Assembly (NCBI GenBank): GCA_965217585.1
Contig: OZ244561.1
Location: 4,512,001-4,576,000 of the forward strand
From: Candidatus Latescibacterota bacterium
GTDB lineage: Bacteria; Latescibacterota; UBA2968; UBA8231
Length of the DNA: 64,000 bases
Direction of reading: 5' to 3'
The notes beneath the pieces were generated by a model, which worked only from the letters and a program-made list of their open reading frames with translations, made no database searches and was not told the origin of the DNA. Of the stretch, positions 1 through 9,161 are shown in pieces (position 1 is the first letter of the stretch; each line of letters begins with the position of its first letter). Made by a program: the position numbers and the translations under genes.

Positions 1-1
1 G

Positions 2-1138
2 GTGTACATCGCCCACACCGACGACGGCCGGATTGGCCTCGGCGAGAGCGGGGGCACCGAGCCGCAGGAGACCATTGGCCAGTACATCGGCAGCAACCCC
101 TTTGACTGGATCGGCGACGAGACTTCGCTGGGGTTGGGCACGGCCATGTACGACCTGATGGGGCAGGCCGCTGGCGTACCCGTCTATAAGCTCTTCGGCC
201 AGAAGTATCGGTCGTTTGTACCCGTGGGTGCTTGGACGGTATCGACCCATCCCCAGCACATGGCCGAGGCCGTAACCCACTACGCGGCACAGGGCTACAC
301 TTGGCTGAAGTACCACCTCTCGCCCTTTGAAAACGTCTTTGATCAGACCGAGGCCATGCAGGCGGTCGCGCCGCCCGGCTTCAAAATCCACTACGACTTC
401 ACCATGCACGGCACGGACGACCACATGCCCGAACTGGTGGAGAAACTAGCTGAATATCCGATTGCTGGTTGCTTTGAGGATCCTTTGCCGCCTGGGGACA
501 TCGAGGGCTACATCGACCTGCGCAAGCGGGCCAAGCGGCCCATTGTTTTGCACCACTTCCCGCTGGGGGCTACCTATGAGGTGCTGATGGAGCCAGCCGA
601 TATCTACATGCTCGGGCACGCAAAAATCGGCGATGCCATGCGCCGCGCTGGCTTGTTTGCCGCTGCGGGCAAGCCCTTTATGCTGCAAAACGTCGGCGGT
701 GCCATCACCCGCGCCATGGTCGTGCACATGATGGCCGCCGCGCCCACGGCCACCTTCCACTGCCACAACGACTACGAAGTTTGGCAAAGCGACGTGGTAG
801 AAGAACGGCTGGACCCGATCAACGGCTTGGTGCGGGTGCCGGAAAAACCTGGGCTGGGGCTGACCTTAGATCGGGGGGCGCTAGAGCGGCTGAAAGCGCT
901 AGCGCTGCCCGCACAAGACAGGTGGATCATCAAATCGCGCTTCAAAAACGGCACTCGCATGTACAACATCGCCGATCCGGCCAACTCGATTTTCATGGTG
1001 CGGCCCGACCGCAACCGCCTGATGCCCATGAGCTATGCCGCGCCCATTGAGACGGAGTATTGGGACGACGACGGGACTGAGGAGTACCGGGCGATGTTCA
1101 GCAGGATTGAGCGCGAGGGGATCGTGCTGGAGCGTTGA
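2..1138 (+). CDS. Enolase-superfamily (mandelate racemase/muconate lactonizing enzyme-like) protein, 5' end outside window
   Basis: AMYDLMGQAAGVPVYKLFG N-domain motif, FEDPL, PEKPGLGL; open from window edge. Confidence 0.8.
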   Translation: MYIAHTDDGRIGLGESGGTEPQETIGQYIGSNPFDWIGDETSLGLGTAMYDLMGQAAGVPVYKLFGQKYRSFVPVGAWTVSTHPQHMAEAVTHYAAQGYTWLKYHLSPFENVFDQTEAMQAVAPPGFKIHYDFTMHGTDDHMPELVEKLAEYPIAGCFEDPLPPGDIEGYIDLRKRAKRPIVLHHFPLGATYEVLMEPADIYMLGHAKIGDAMRRAGLFAAAGKPFMLQNVGGAITRAMVVHMMAAAPTATFHCHNDYEVWQSDVVEERLDPINGLVRVPEKPGLGLTLDRGALERLKALALPAQDRWIIKSRFKNGTRMYNIADPANSIFMVRPDRNRLMPMSYAAPIETEYWDDDGTEEYRAMFSRIEREGIVLER

Positions 1139-1140
1139 GC

Positions 1141-1542
1141 CTACTCCTGCTCGCGCTCGAACTTGAGCGACGCCGAGTTCATGCAGTAGCGCAGGCCGGT
1201 CGGCTGGGGGCCGTCGGGGAAGACGTGGCCGAGGTGGGCGTCGCATTGGCTGCATAGAGCCTCGGTGCGCACCATGCCGTGGCTCGCGTCGCGCTCCTCG
1301 GCGACCTTGTCTGCCGCGACCGGCTGCCAAAAACTGGGCCAACCGGACCGCGAATCGTACTTGGTTGCCGAGCTGAACAGCTCGCTGCCGCAGCAGACGC
1401 AGCGATAGACACCCGACTCCTTGTTGTCGCAGAGTTCGCCGGTAAAGGCTCGTTCCGTGCCCTTCTGCCGCGTTACGTGGTATTGCTCTTCGGTGAGTTC
1501 CTGCCGCCACTCGGCTTCGCTTTTGGTGATTTTTTTGCTCAT
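1141..1542 (-). CDS. msrB: Peptide-methionine (R)-S-oxide reductase MsrB
   Basis: GTERAFTG, CxxC pairs, [22 protein letters not shown]; start reassigned to MSKKITKS. Confidence 0.95.
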   Translation of the reverse strand: MSKKITKSEAEWRQELTEEQYHVTRQKGTERAFTGELCDNKESGVYRCVCCGSELFSSATKYDSRSGWPSFWQPVAADKVAEERDASHGMVRTEALCSQCDAHLGHVFPDGPQPTGLRYCMNSASLKFEREQE

Positions 1543-1571
1543 CGTAGCATTCCTTTCTCTTGGGTCAGTGT

Positions 1572-2045
1572 CTAATCGGATAACTCGGTGTAGTGCCCGC
1601 CGAAGAAGATCAGCGGCGCGCCGCTGCCCACCTCGCCGGTCAGGCATTCGCCGATGAACATGTCGTGGTCGCCCGCGGCCGCGATGTCCACTAGCTTGCA
1701 GTCCACATAGGCCAAGGCGTCGGTCAAAATCGGCGCGCCGGTCTGGCCCACCTTCGTCGCCAGGTCCGCAAAGTCCTTGGGGCCGCGCTGGGCAAAGCGC
1801 ACGGAGAGGTCCTCCTGCTCCCGCTTGAGGATGTTGATGGCAAAGCCCTCGGCTTTTTGCAACAGGCCGTGTATGGACGCGCTTTTGTCGACCGAAACCA
1901 CCACCAGCGGCGGCGACAGCGACAGCGACATGACCGCGTTGGCCGTCATGCCCCAAAGCTGGCCGTCGCAGCAGGTGGTCACCACGGTGACGCCGGTGGC
2001 AAAGCGGCCCATAATTTGCCGTTGAAGCAGAGGATCAAACGCCAT
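1572..2045 (-). CDS. Flavin reductase family protein
   Basis: [30 protein letters not shown]; start at MAFDPL. Confidence 0.9.
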   Translation of the reverse strand: MAFDPLLQRQIMGRFATGVTVVTTCCDGQLWGMTANAVMSLSLSPPLVVVSVDKSASIHGLLQKAEGFAINILKREQEDLSVRFAQRGPKDFADLATKVGQTGAPILTDALAYVDCKLVDIAAAGDHDMFIGECLTGEVGSGAPLIFFGGHYTELSD

Positions 2046-2065
2046 CGCGCGGTTCCTTTCGCAAT

Positions 2066-3298
2066 TTAATGTAGTGCGTTCTGATAGATGCGGGCCGCGT
2101 CGTCTGGTTCCACCGCGACCGGATTGGGTTCGAGCAGGCGCTGGACGCTCAGGGCGCTGTCGACCATTTGCGGAATGTCGGCGGCGCTTATCCCGGCCGC
2201 GCTCAGCGAGCCGTAGGGGGTGTGCTGACGTCGCAGCCCGTCGATCCACTCCGCCGCTAGCTCGACCCCTTCCTCGCGGCTTTTGCCACCCAGCGCCAGC
2301 CCGGCAGCCCCGGCGGCAAAGTAATACTTGTCGGCCACGGCCGGGGCGTTGTGCCGCATCACCCCAGGCAAGACGAGGGCTACGGCCGCGCCGTGGGGCA
2401 CGGGTGCGCCGCGCTCAAAGGAGACCTTCTCGATCCCGTAGCCGAGCGCGTGGCCGGCCCCGGTGTTGATTGGACTTAACAGCAGCCCGGCTAGGAGGGC
2501 ACAGCGCGCCATTTGATAGCGCGCGTCTGGATCGCCACGGACCACGGCTTGCACGTACGCCGGGCAGCCCGCGGTCAGGGCCGCCCGCGCCACGGCGTCG
2601 CCGATGGCGTTGCTCTTGGTGGAAGCCGTGCATTCGAGGGCGTGGCCGAGGGCATCCAAGCCGGTGATCGCGGTCAATATCGGCGGCAGGTCTTGGTGCA
2701 AATGCGGGTCCACCAGCGCGGCCTTGGGTTGTAAGTAGCTGCTGTACACGGCTTTCTTGCCGGTTGCGTCGGCGATCACTGCTACTCGGCTGACTTCGCT
2801 GCCCGTGCCCGCTGTCGTCGGGATGCCGACGAGCGGAGCTAACGGCGGTTTTTCGTACAGGTCGAAGCCAAAGTAATCGGCCACAGAGCCGCCACTGGCA
2901 GCGGTGCAGAGCGCGGCCTTGGCCGTGTCCATGGTGCTGCCCCCGCCCAAGGCGACGGCCACGTCGAAATCCGCAGCCGCTAGCGCGTGCGCGCATGCAT
3001 CGACGCTTTGTACCGAGGGGTTGGGCGCGATCTCGCTGTATGCGCTCACCACGTCTAAGTCGCCGAGGGCTTGGCGGACTGAGGCGACGAGGGGGGCAAT
3101 GCCCGGATCGTGGATTAGCAGCACCCGGCCCGCGCCGAGGCGGACGCACTCGTCGGCTAGCTGCGCTAGGGCACCCGCCCCGAATACGACCCGCCGATCG
3201 CGGAATTCAAACATTTCTGCTAGCGCTGCCCGCCGACTTTCTGCGGCAAAATAGGCACCGCTGGATAGCAACTCCTCGTTGATCTGCACACTGCCCAT
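2066..3298 (-). CDS. Iron-containing alcohol dehydrogenase family protein
   Basis: ALGGGSTMDTAK, IPTTAGTGSE, DALGHALE, HGAAVA. Confidence 0.9.
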   Translation of the reverse strand: MGSVQINEELLSSGAYFAAESRRAALAEMFEFRDRRVVFGAGALAQLADECVRLGAGRVLLIHDPGIAPLVASVRQALGDLDVVSAYSEIAPNPSVQSVDACAHALAAADFDVAVALGGGSTMDTAKAALCTAASGGSVADYFGFDLYEKPPLAPLVGIPTTAGTGSEVSRVAVIADATGKKAVYSSYLQPKAALVDPHLHQDLPPILTAITGLDALGHALECTASTKSNAIGDAVARAALTAGCPAYVQAVVRGDPDARYQMARCALLAGLLLSPINTGAGHALGYGIEKVSFERGAPVPHGAAVALVLPGVMRHNAPAVADKYYFAAGAAGLALGGKSREEGVELAAEWIDGLRRQHTPYGSLSAAGISAADIPQMVDSALSVQRLLEPNPVAVEPDDAARIYQNALH

Positions 3299-3403
3299 TG
3301 TGGCTTTTCTCCATGTATTGACGCGGCGAACCGAGCCTTGTTTCGCGCGGGGGATTTGTGCAATATATACACGGAACCGCAGCCTTACAAAAACGGAGCC
3401 ACC

Positions 3404-4165
3404 ATGATCCAAGACGCCGCCCAGACGTATGCCGAGCAGGGATTTCTCACGGGCATCGACCTGTTCAGCGCCAGCGAGATCGGTCACTTCCGCGCCTGCT
3501 TCGACGAGCTAGAAGCCCGCGAGGGCCGAGAAAAGTGCCAGATTGGCCTCCAGGCCCGCCATATCGACGAGGAGTTTATCTGGCAGATGGCCACAGACTC
3601 GCGCGTCCTCGACGCCATACAAGAGGTCATGGGCGCGGACATCATGCTGCTCTCGACGCACTTCTTTTGCAAATATCCCGACCCGGAGGCCAAGCACTTT
3701 GTGGCTTGGCATCAAGACGTCACCTATTGGGGGTTGCAGCCGCCCGAAGCCCACACCGCTTGGGTGGCCGTGGATGCCAGCGGCGTGGAGAACGGCTGTA
3801 TGCGGGTTATCCCCGGCTCGCACAAAAACGGCATTGCCACCCACGGGGAGTCGGCCAAAGCCGGCAATCTGCTCAGCATCAATCAGGAGATTCCCGACGA
3901 GTTTGTCGATGACAGCCAAGCCGTTGATCTAGTGCTCGCACCGGGCCAGATGTCCATCCACGACGGCCAGGCATTCCACGCCAGCAACCCCAATACCTCC
4001 AATCGCCGCCGCTGCGGACTGACGCTGCGCTACATCGCCCCGCACGTCGAGCAGGTCGAGCTCAACTCGCTGGGCAACAAGTATCCGACCATCTTGGTGC
4101 GCGGCGAGGATCGCTACGGCAACTTTCCCGAACAACCCATACCCTTTGCCCTCGCTTCTCGATGA
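3404..4165 (+). CDS. Phytanoyl-CoA dioxygenase (PhyH) family 2OG-Fe(II) oxygenase
   Basis: WHQD, ENGCMRVIPGSH, HASNPN..RR; GGAG RBS before ATG 3404. Confidence 0.9.
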   Translation: MIQDAAQTYAEQGFLTGIDLFSASEIGHFRACFDELEAREGREKCQIGLQARHIDEEFIWQMATDSRVLDAIQEVMGADIMLLSTHFFCKYPDPEAKHFVAWHQDVTYWGLQPPEAHTAWVAVDASGVENGCMRVIPGSHKNGIATHGESAKAGNLLSINQEIPDEFVDDSQAVDLVLAPGQMSIHDGQAFHASNPNTSNRRRCGLTLRYIAPHVEQVELNSLGNKYPTILVRGEDRYGNFPEQPIPFALASR

Positions 4166-4204
4166 TTAGCACAGCCCCGCCATACATACTAATAAGGAGA
4201 CACA

Positions 4205-4888
4205 ATGGCCCAGTACGACCGGATGGCCGTCCTCAACGCCATCTACGACACGGGTATCGTCCCGGTCTTTTACAACGCCGACCCAGAAACCACCATTCAC
4301 ATCGTCGAAGCCTGCGCCCGAGGGGGTGCCCGCTGCGCTGAATTCACCAACCGCGGCGATTTGGCCTACCACGTTTTCACCGAGACCGTGCGCCACGTGA
4401 TGGCCGAGAAAATCGACATCATCATGGGCGTTGGCTCGATATGCGATGCGCCCACCGCCGCCCTCTATATTGCCAACGGCGCGAACTTCGTCGTCGGTCC
4501 CTTGCTCAACGAAGAGGTCGCTCGCCTGTGCAATCGCCGCAAAATTGCCTATTCCCCCGGCTGCGGCTCGGTCAGCGAGATCGGCCAGGCCGAAGAGCTA
4601 GGCGTCGAGATCGTCAAAGTGTTTCCAGGCAGCGAAGTCGGCGGCCCGGCCTTCGTCAAATCCGTGCTCGGCCCCTGTCCTTGGACCCGCATCATGCCCA
4701 CCGGCGGCGTCGATGCCACCCGCGAAAGCCTAGCGGCGTGGTTTGAGGCCGGCGTTGCAGCCGTCGGCGCTGGCTCCAAGCTGATTACCAAGGAACTCGT
4801 CGCTGCCAAGGACTGGGATGGCTTGGCTGCCAAGGTCCGCCAGAGCGTCGATTGGATTCGGGAAATCCGTGCTGAGATGGCGGGCTAG
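4205..4888 (+). CDS. eda: KDPG/KHG aldolase family protein
   Basis: EFTNR, GANFVVGP, VKVFPG, IMPTGGV; AAGGAG RBS. Confidence 0.88.
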   Translation: MAQYDRMAVLNAIYDTGIVPVFYNADPETTIHIVEACARGGARCAEFTNRGDLAYHVFTETVRHVMAEKIDIIMGVGSICDAPTAALYIANGANFVVGPLLNEEVARLCNRRKIAYSPGCGSVSEIGQAEELGVEIVKVFPGSEVGGPAFVKSVLGPCPWTRIMPTGGVDATRESLAAWFEAGVAAVGAGSKLITKELVAAKDWDGLAAKVRQSVDWIREIRAEMAG

Positions 4889-4982
4889 TCCGGGTTCATT
4901 GGCACTGTACCGGCTAAGCGCATCCTGTGCTTAGCGATTTGAAAAACTGAGACATCTGCTCGTTGGTTCAAAGGACCGCGCC

Positions 4983-5780
4983 ATGACCTTGACGCAAGCG
5001 CAAAAAAACCACTTTGAGAAACAGGGCTACCTGCCCTACCACCGGATCCTCTCCGACGGCGAATTACAGGCCCTGCGCCAGCGCAGCGAGCAGATCGCCC
5101 GGGGCCAAGCCGACCACGTGCCGCCGCGCTACATCCAGTTGGAAGCCGCCTTCCGCGAGGGCGACGGTGCCGGGGTCAATCGCCTCGATCAGGTGCGCAA
5201 AATGACCCACCTGTGCTATTTCGATCCTCTCTTTGAGGCCGTGGCCCGCAAGGCGGCCATTGTCGATGTCATCGAGGACTTGCTCGGTCCCAACATCAAA
5301 CTCTACTGCGATCAGTTGATGATGAAGGCGCGCTATCACGGCACGGTCACCGACTGGCACCAGGATTCCGTGGCTTGGCCGCAGTTTGCCCCGCAAGACC
5401 ACGTCTCCTGCTGGGTCGCCCTCGACGACGCCACGGTGGAAAACGGCTGCATGACCGTGCTGCCGGGCAGCCATAAATGGGGGCCTATCAATTCGGCGCA
5501 CAAAGCTCGCTTCCTGGACAATCCCCTGATTCCCGAGCCTGTACCCGTGGAATTGCCAGCCGGCTCCTGCTTGTTCCACCACGGCCTCAACTTCCACCGC
5601 ACGGGTGCCAATTCCACCCCCAACCGGCGGCGCGGCCTAGCCCTGCACTATCTCCGCTCGGAGACCATGTATATCGGTGTTGAAGGCGAGGAACATCGCC
5701 TGATGACTGAGTGCGAAAAGCCGCGCGGCGAATTTCGTTTTATGCTGATCAGGGGACGCGAATTCGACGGGCGGGTGTAG
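4983..5780 (+). CDS. Phytanoyl-CoA dioxygenase (PhyH) family protein
   Basis: WHQD, WVALDDATVENGCM..LPGSH, HRTGAN..RR. Confidence 0.9.
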   Translation: MTLTQAQKNHFEKQGYLPYHRILSDGELQALRQRSEQIARGQADHVPPRYIQLEAAFREGDGAGVNRLDQVRKMTHLCYFDPLFEAVARKAAIVDVIEDLLGPNIKLYCDQLMMKARYHGTVTDWHQDSVAWPQFAPQDHVSCWVALDDATVENGCMTVLPGSHKWGPINSAHKARFLDNPLIPEPVPVELPAGSCLFHHGLNFHRTGANSTPNRRRGLALHYLRSETMYIGVEGEEHRLMTECEKPRGEFRFMLIRGREFDGRV

Positions 5781-5812
5781 AAGATGGCTCTGTTTCTGCC
5801 TAGGCGGTTGGT

Positions 5813-7171
5813 GTGACCAATGACCAAAGCTGGACGTGTGGGCTGGAGTTTGACTACGCCAACGACGAGTCCTTCTACTGCCGGCCGCTTCGCCGGTCCG
5901 ATGGCAAGAGCCCCGACCGCATGCCGGTGCCCGCAGAAGCAGAAAGCGTCCAGATCGTCTTCCTGCCGCCAATGTCCGGGCTTGCGGCTACGGAAACACG
6001 CCTTGATGACGGTGCCATCAATGTTCGGATAGGAGAAGGACGTACCGCCGAAGTGTTGCGCAACCTCTGCTTTCGGATTTGCGAAGAAGACAAAACGAAG
6101 TGGAACGAACTCGTCGAGCAGATTGAGAGCCTGTTCGGATCGAGACTCCGTCCGCCACGCTACATTGCCGAACGCGGCGAGATCGCAATGACCTATCTCG
6201 AGCAGGGTGCTGAACTCGACTTGTCGTCCGCCGGGATGTACGCGAATCCCGGCTCAGTCTTGCTCCTAGACGAACCTGACGCCCACCTAGAGATACTTCG
6301 CCAGCGCCAGATCTACCGTCTGCTTACCGATGTGGCGCGCGCCAGCGCCAGCCAGATCATCGCCGCCAGTCACTCTGAAGTGCTGCTCAACGAAGCCGCG
6401 GACCGGGACTTGGTTGTTGCATTCGTGGGCCCGCCGCACCGCATCGACGACCGCGGCAGTCAGGTTTTGAAGGTGCTCAGGGAGATCGGATTCGAGCAAT
6501 ACTATCAGGCGGAACAGACTGGATGGGTGCTCTATCTAGAGGGCTCAACGGATTTAGCGATAATGCAAGCTTTTGCTAGACGGCTGGGACACGAACATGC
6601 GATCCAAGTGCTTGAGCGGCCATTCGTGAAATACGTAGGGAACCAGCCCCCGGCAGTTCAGACCCACTACCACGGCTTGCGGGAGGCTCTCCCCAGGCTT
6701 AGTGGAGTCGCCCTTTTTGATCGCCTTGAATCGGAGCCACTCGACATTTTCCCGGTCGAATGCCTAATCTGGGAGCGTCGAGAGATCGAGAACTACGTTT
6801 GCTCGCGGACCACGCTTGAAGCATACGCGACGGCGACGGCGACGGATGCTGCACCGGGATCGCTGTTCGCAACGGCCGAAGTAGAGAAGCGTCAGAACGC
6901 GATGGGCCAAGCCATTGAGGAAGTAGAGGCGGCCCTAAAGACGCTTGGCAAGGGATCTCCTTGGAGTGCCGACATCAAAGCCAGCGATGATTTCTTGGTC
7001 CCGCTCTTCAAGTCCTACTTCGAGACGCTCGGCCTACCCAACCTGGTGGCCAAGAAAAATTTCTACGAGTTGGCTGAGCACGTCCCCGACAGCGAGATTG
7101 ATCCCGAGATTAGCGAGAAACTAGACGCGATCGTGCGGGTCGCGGAGAGCGCGACGCCTGCAGAAGAATAG
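5813..7171 (+). pseudogene. Truncated ABC/AAA ATPase with TOPRIM-like C-terminal half (OLD-like nuclease type)
   Basis: Walker B LLLDEPDAHL, SHSE H-loop and YLEGSTD/DRL TOPRIM-like motifs present; no Walker A; signature region appears shortened (LSSAG joined to MYANPG); no RBS. Confidence 0.6.
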
Positions 7172-7173
7172 GA

Positions 7174-7323
7174 TTGATCCTCGACGGTCTCCGTCTCGCC
7201 AACTTCAAGGCCTACCAATTACATGGACGGTTTAGCATCCCGAGAGAATTTCGTCGTTTTATTTTGTCAGAAATCGGCGATATTCAAGCCTTGCTGCTTG
7301 GTGGGTCGGGAAGCGGCGTGTGA
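7174..7323 (+). pseudogene. N-terminal stub of a second ABC/AAA ATPase gene
   Basis: TTG 2 bp after the upstream stop gives (M)ILDGLRLANFKAY, a typical SMC/AAA_15-type start; similarity is then lost. Confidence 0.45.
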
Positions 7324-7400
7324 TTGCGAGAGGATTGGCTATTGTATAGTATAAAACTGAATAAAGGTAGTATATGATCGATCAAAAGAGGGAGATCGAC

Positions 7401-8786
7401 ATGATTAGGAAATCGAGGGGCGACGCATTGCGAGTGGGTGGATTTATCGCGGCCTGTGGCCTCCTAATGGGGGCGACCGGGGCCTATGCCGCGAGCGGCG
7501 AAGAACTGCAATTCATCCTCAACACCTTCTCGTTTCTCATCTGGGGCGCGCTCGTAATGTGGATGTGCGCGGGCTTTACCATGCTCGAAGCCGGGTCCGT
7601 GCGCACCAAGAACGCCTCCATGATCTGCCTCAAGAACGTTGGGCTTTATTCGATTGCCGGGATCACTTATTACTTGGTCGGCTACAACCTCATGTACGTC
7701 GATGTGCAGGAAGGTTGGATCGGCACTCTCAAGTTTTTATACGGGCCTTCGGGCGATGAACTCAAGCTGTTGTCTGGTCAGACCGCGGCCGTGACAGAAG
7801 TGACAAAGGCCGGCCATGCCACCATGTCGGATTGGTTTTTTCAGATGGTCTTTGTGGCGACAACCGCTTCTATTGTATCGGGTACGCTGGCCGAGCGGGT
7901 GAATCTGTGGGCGTTTTTTGCTTTTACGGCCGTGTTGACGATAATCATCTATCCCATCGTCGGGGCTTGGACTTGGGGTGAAGGCTGGCTCTATGCAATG
8001 GGGTTTAAGGATTTCGCGGGCTCTACTATCGTGCATTCGACCGGGGGTTGGGCCGCGCTCGCCGGCGCGCTCGTCGTCGGGGCGCGGTTCGGAAAATTTC
8101 GCGCCGACGGCAGCGTCAAGCTCACGCCGCCTTCCAACGTCCCAGCCGTTACTTTGGGCGTCTTCATTTTGTGGCTTGGATGGTTCGGCTTCAACGGCGG
8201 CTCGCAGCTCGCGCTGTCGGGCGCAGCCGATGCAGTCGCCATGAGTCATGTGCTGGTGAATACCAACCTTGCGGCGGCGGCCGGCGTCATGGCTGCGCTC
8301 TTCTTATCGCGGCCCCTCCTCGGGCGCATTGATTTGCTCGCCGTCCTCAACGGCGCGCTCGCCGGCCTCGTCTCCATTACAGCCGGGCCAGATATCGTCG
8401 ATCACTACTGGGCGCTCGTAATTGGTGCCGTGGGCAGCGTGTTGTGCGTCGGCGGGATGAAATTGTTGGAGATTCTTAAGATAGACGACATCGTAGGCGC
8501 GATCCCGGTCCACTTGTTCGCCGGCATCTGGGGCACCCTTGCGGTCTGCATTGCAGCCGGTGGCAACTTCGGCGTCCAGCTCATCGGGGTGCTGGCGGTG
8601 GGCGCATTCGCGTTTGCGGCTTCGTGGCTCTCGTGGTTCGTTCTGGGTAAGATAATGGAGGTGCGGGTGTCGCAGACCGTTGAAGAGCTCGGCCAGGATA
8701 CCGCAGAACTCGGCATCGAAGCGTACCCTGAGTTTGTGCTCATGCCCGATCAGGATGACGTTGACCAGGTTCGGGGCAATTCTTAG
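7401..8786 (+). CDS. amtB: Ammonium transporter (Amt family)
   Basis: FFQMVF, DFAGSTIVH, GWFGFNGGS, DDIVGAIPVH (both pore His present); RBS GAGGGAG before ATG 7401; alternative start 7374. Confidence 0.93.
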   Translation: MIRKSRGDALRVGGFIAACGLLMGATGAYAASGEELQFILNTFSFLIWGALVMWMCAGFTMLEAGSVRTKNASMICLKNVGLYSIAGITYYLVGYNLMYVDVQEGWIGTLKFLYGPSGDELKLLSGQTAAVTEVTKAGHATMSDWFFQMVFVATTASIVSGTLAERVNLWAFFAFTAVLTIIIYPIVGAWTWGEGWLYAMGFKDFAGSTIVHSTGGWAALAGALVVGARFGKFRADGSVKLTPPSNVPAVTLGVFILWLGWFGFNGGSQLALSGAADAVAMSHVLVNTNLAAAAGVMAALFLSRPLLGRIDLLAVLNGALAGLVSITAGPDIVDHYWALVIGAVGSVLCVGGMKLLEILKIDDIVGAIPVHLFAGIWGTLAVCIAAGGNFGVQLIGVLAVGAFAFAASWLSWFVLGKIMEVRVSQTVEELGQDTAELGIEAYPEFVLMPDQDDVDQVRGNS

Positions 8787-8831
8787 ATCAAATAAAAACG
8801 GTGCATACCATTTAGAAAGGTAGGAGATCAA

Positions 8832-9161
8832 GTGAACACCGAACGGAAGGACGGCGTATTAATCGCCAAGCCCGAAGGCCGCATCGATGGAGTCAATGCC
8901 CGCGACTTCCACGAGGCCTTAAGCGAAGCGATCGGCACGGACAGCAACCCGGTGCTCGTCGATTTGGCGGCCATCAACTACATCAGCAGTGCGGGCCTGC
9001 GGACGTTCCTGCTGATTGCCAAAACGCTTCAGCAGCGCAGTGCTCAGTTCGCGCTATGCTCGCTTTCGGAGCCGATACGGGAAATTTTCGAAATCAGCGG
9101 TTTTGACAAGATCATTGCGATCCACGCCTCCGAAGAAGAGGCACTCGCCGCACTGTCGTAA
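8832..9161 (+). CDS. STAS-domain anti-sigma factor antagonist (RsbV/SpoIIAA-like)
   Basis: GRID, YISSAGLR with phosphoacceptor Ser, EIFEISGF. Confidence 0.92.
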   Translation: MNTERKDGVLIAKPEGRIDGVNARDFHEALSEAIGTDSNPVLVDLAAINYISSAGLRTFLLIAKTLQQRSAQFALCSLSEPIREIFEISGFDKIIAIHASEEEALAALS

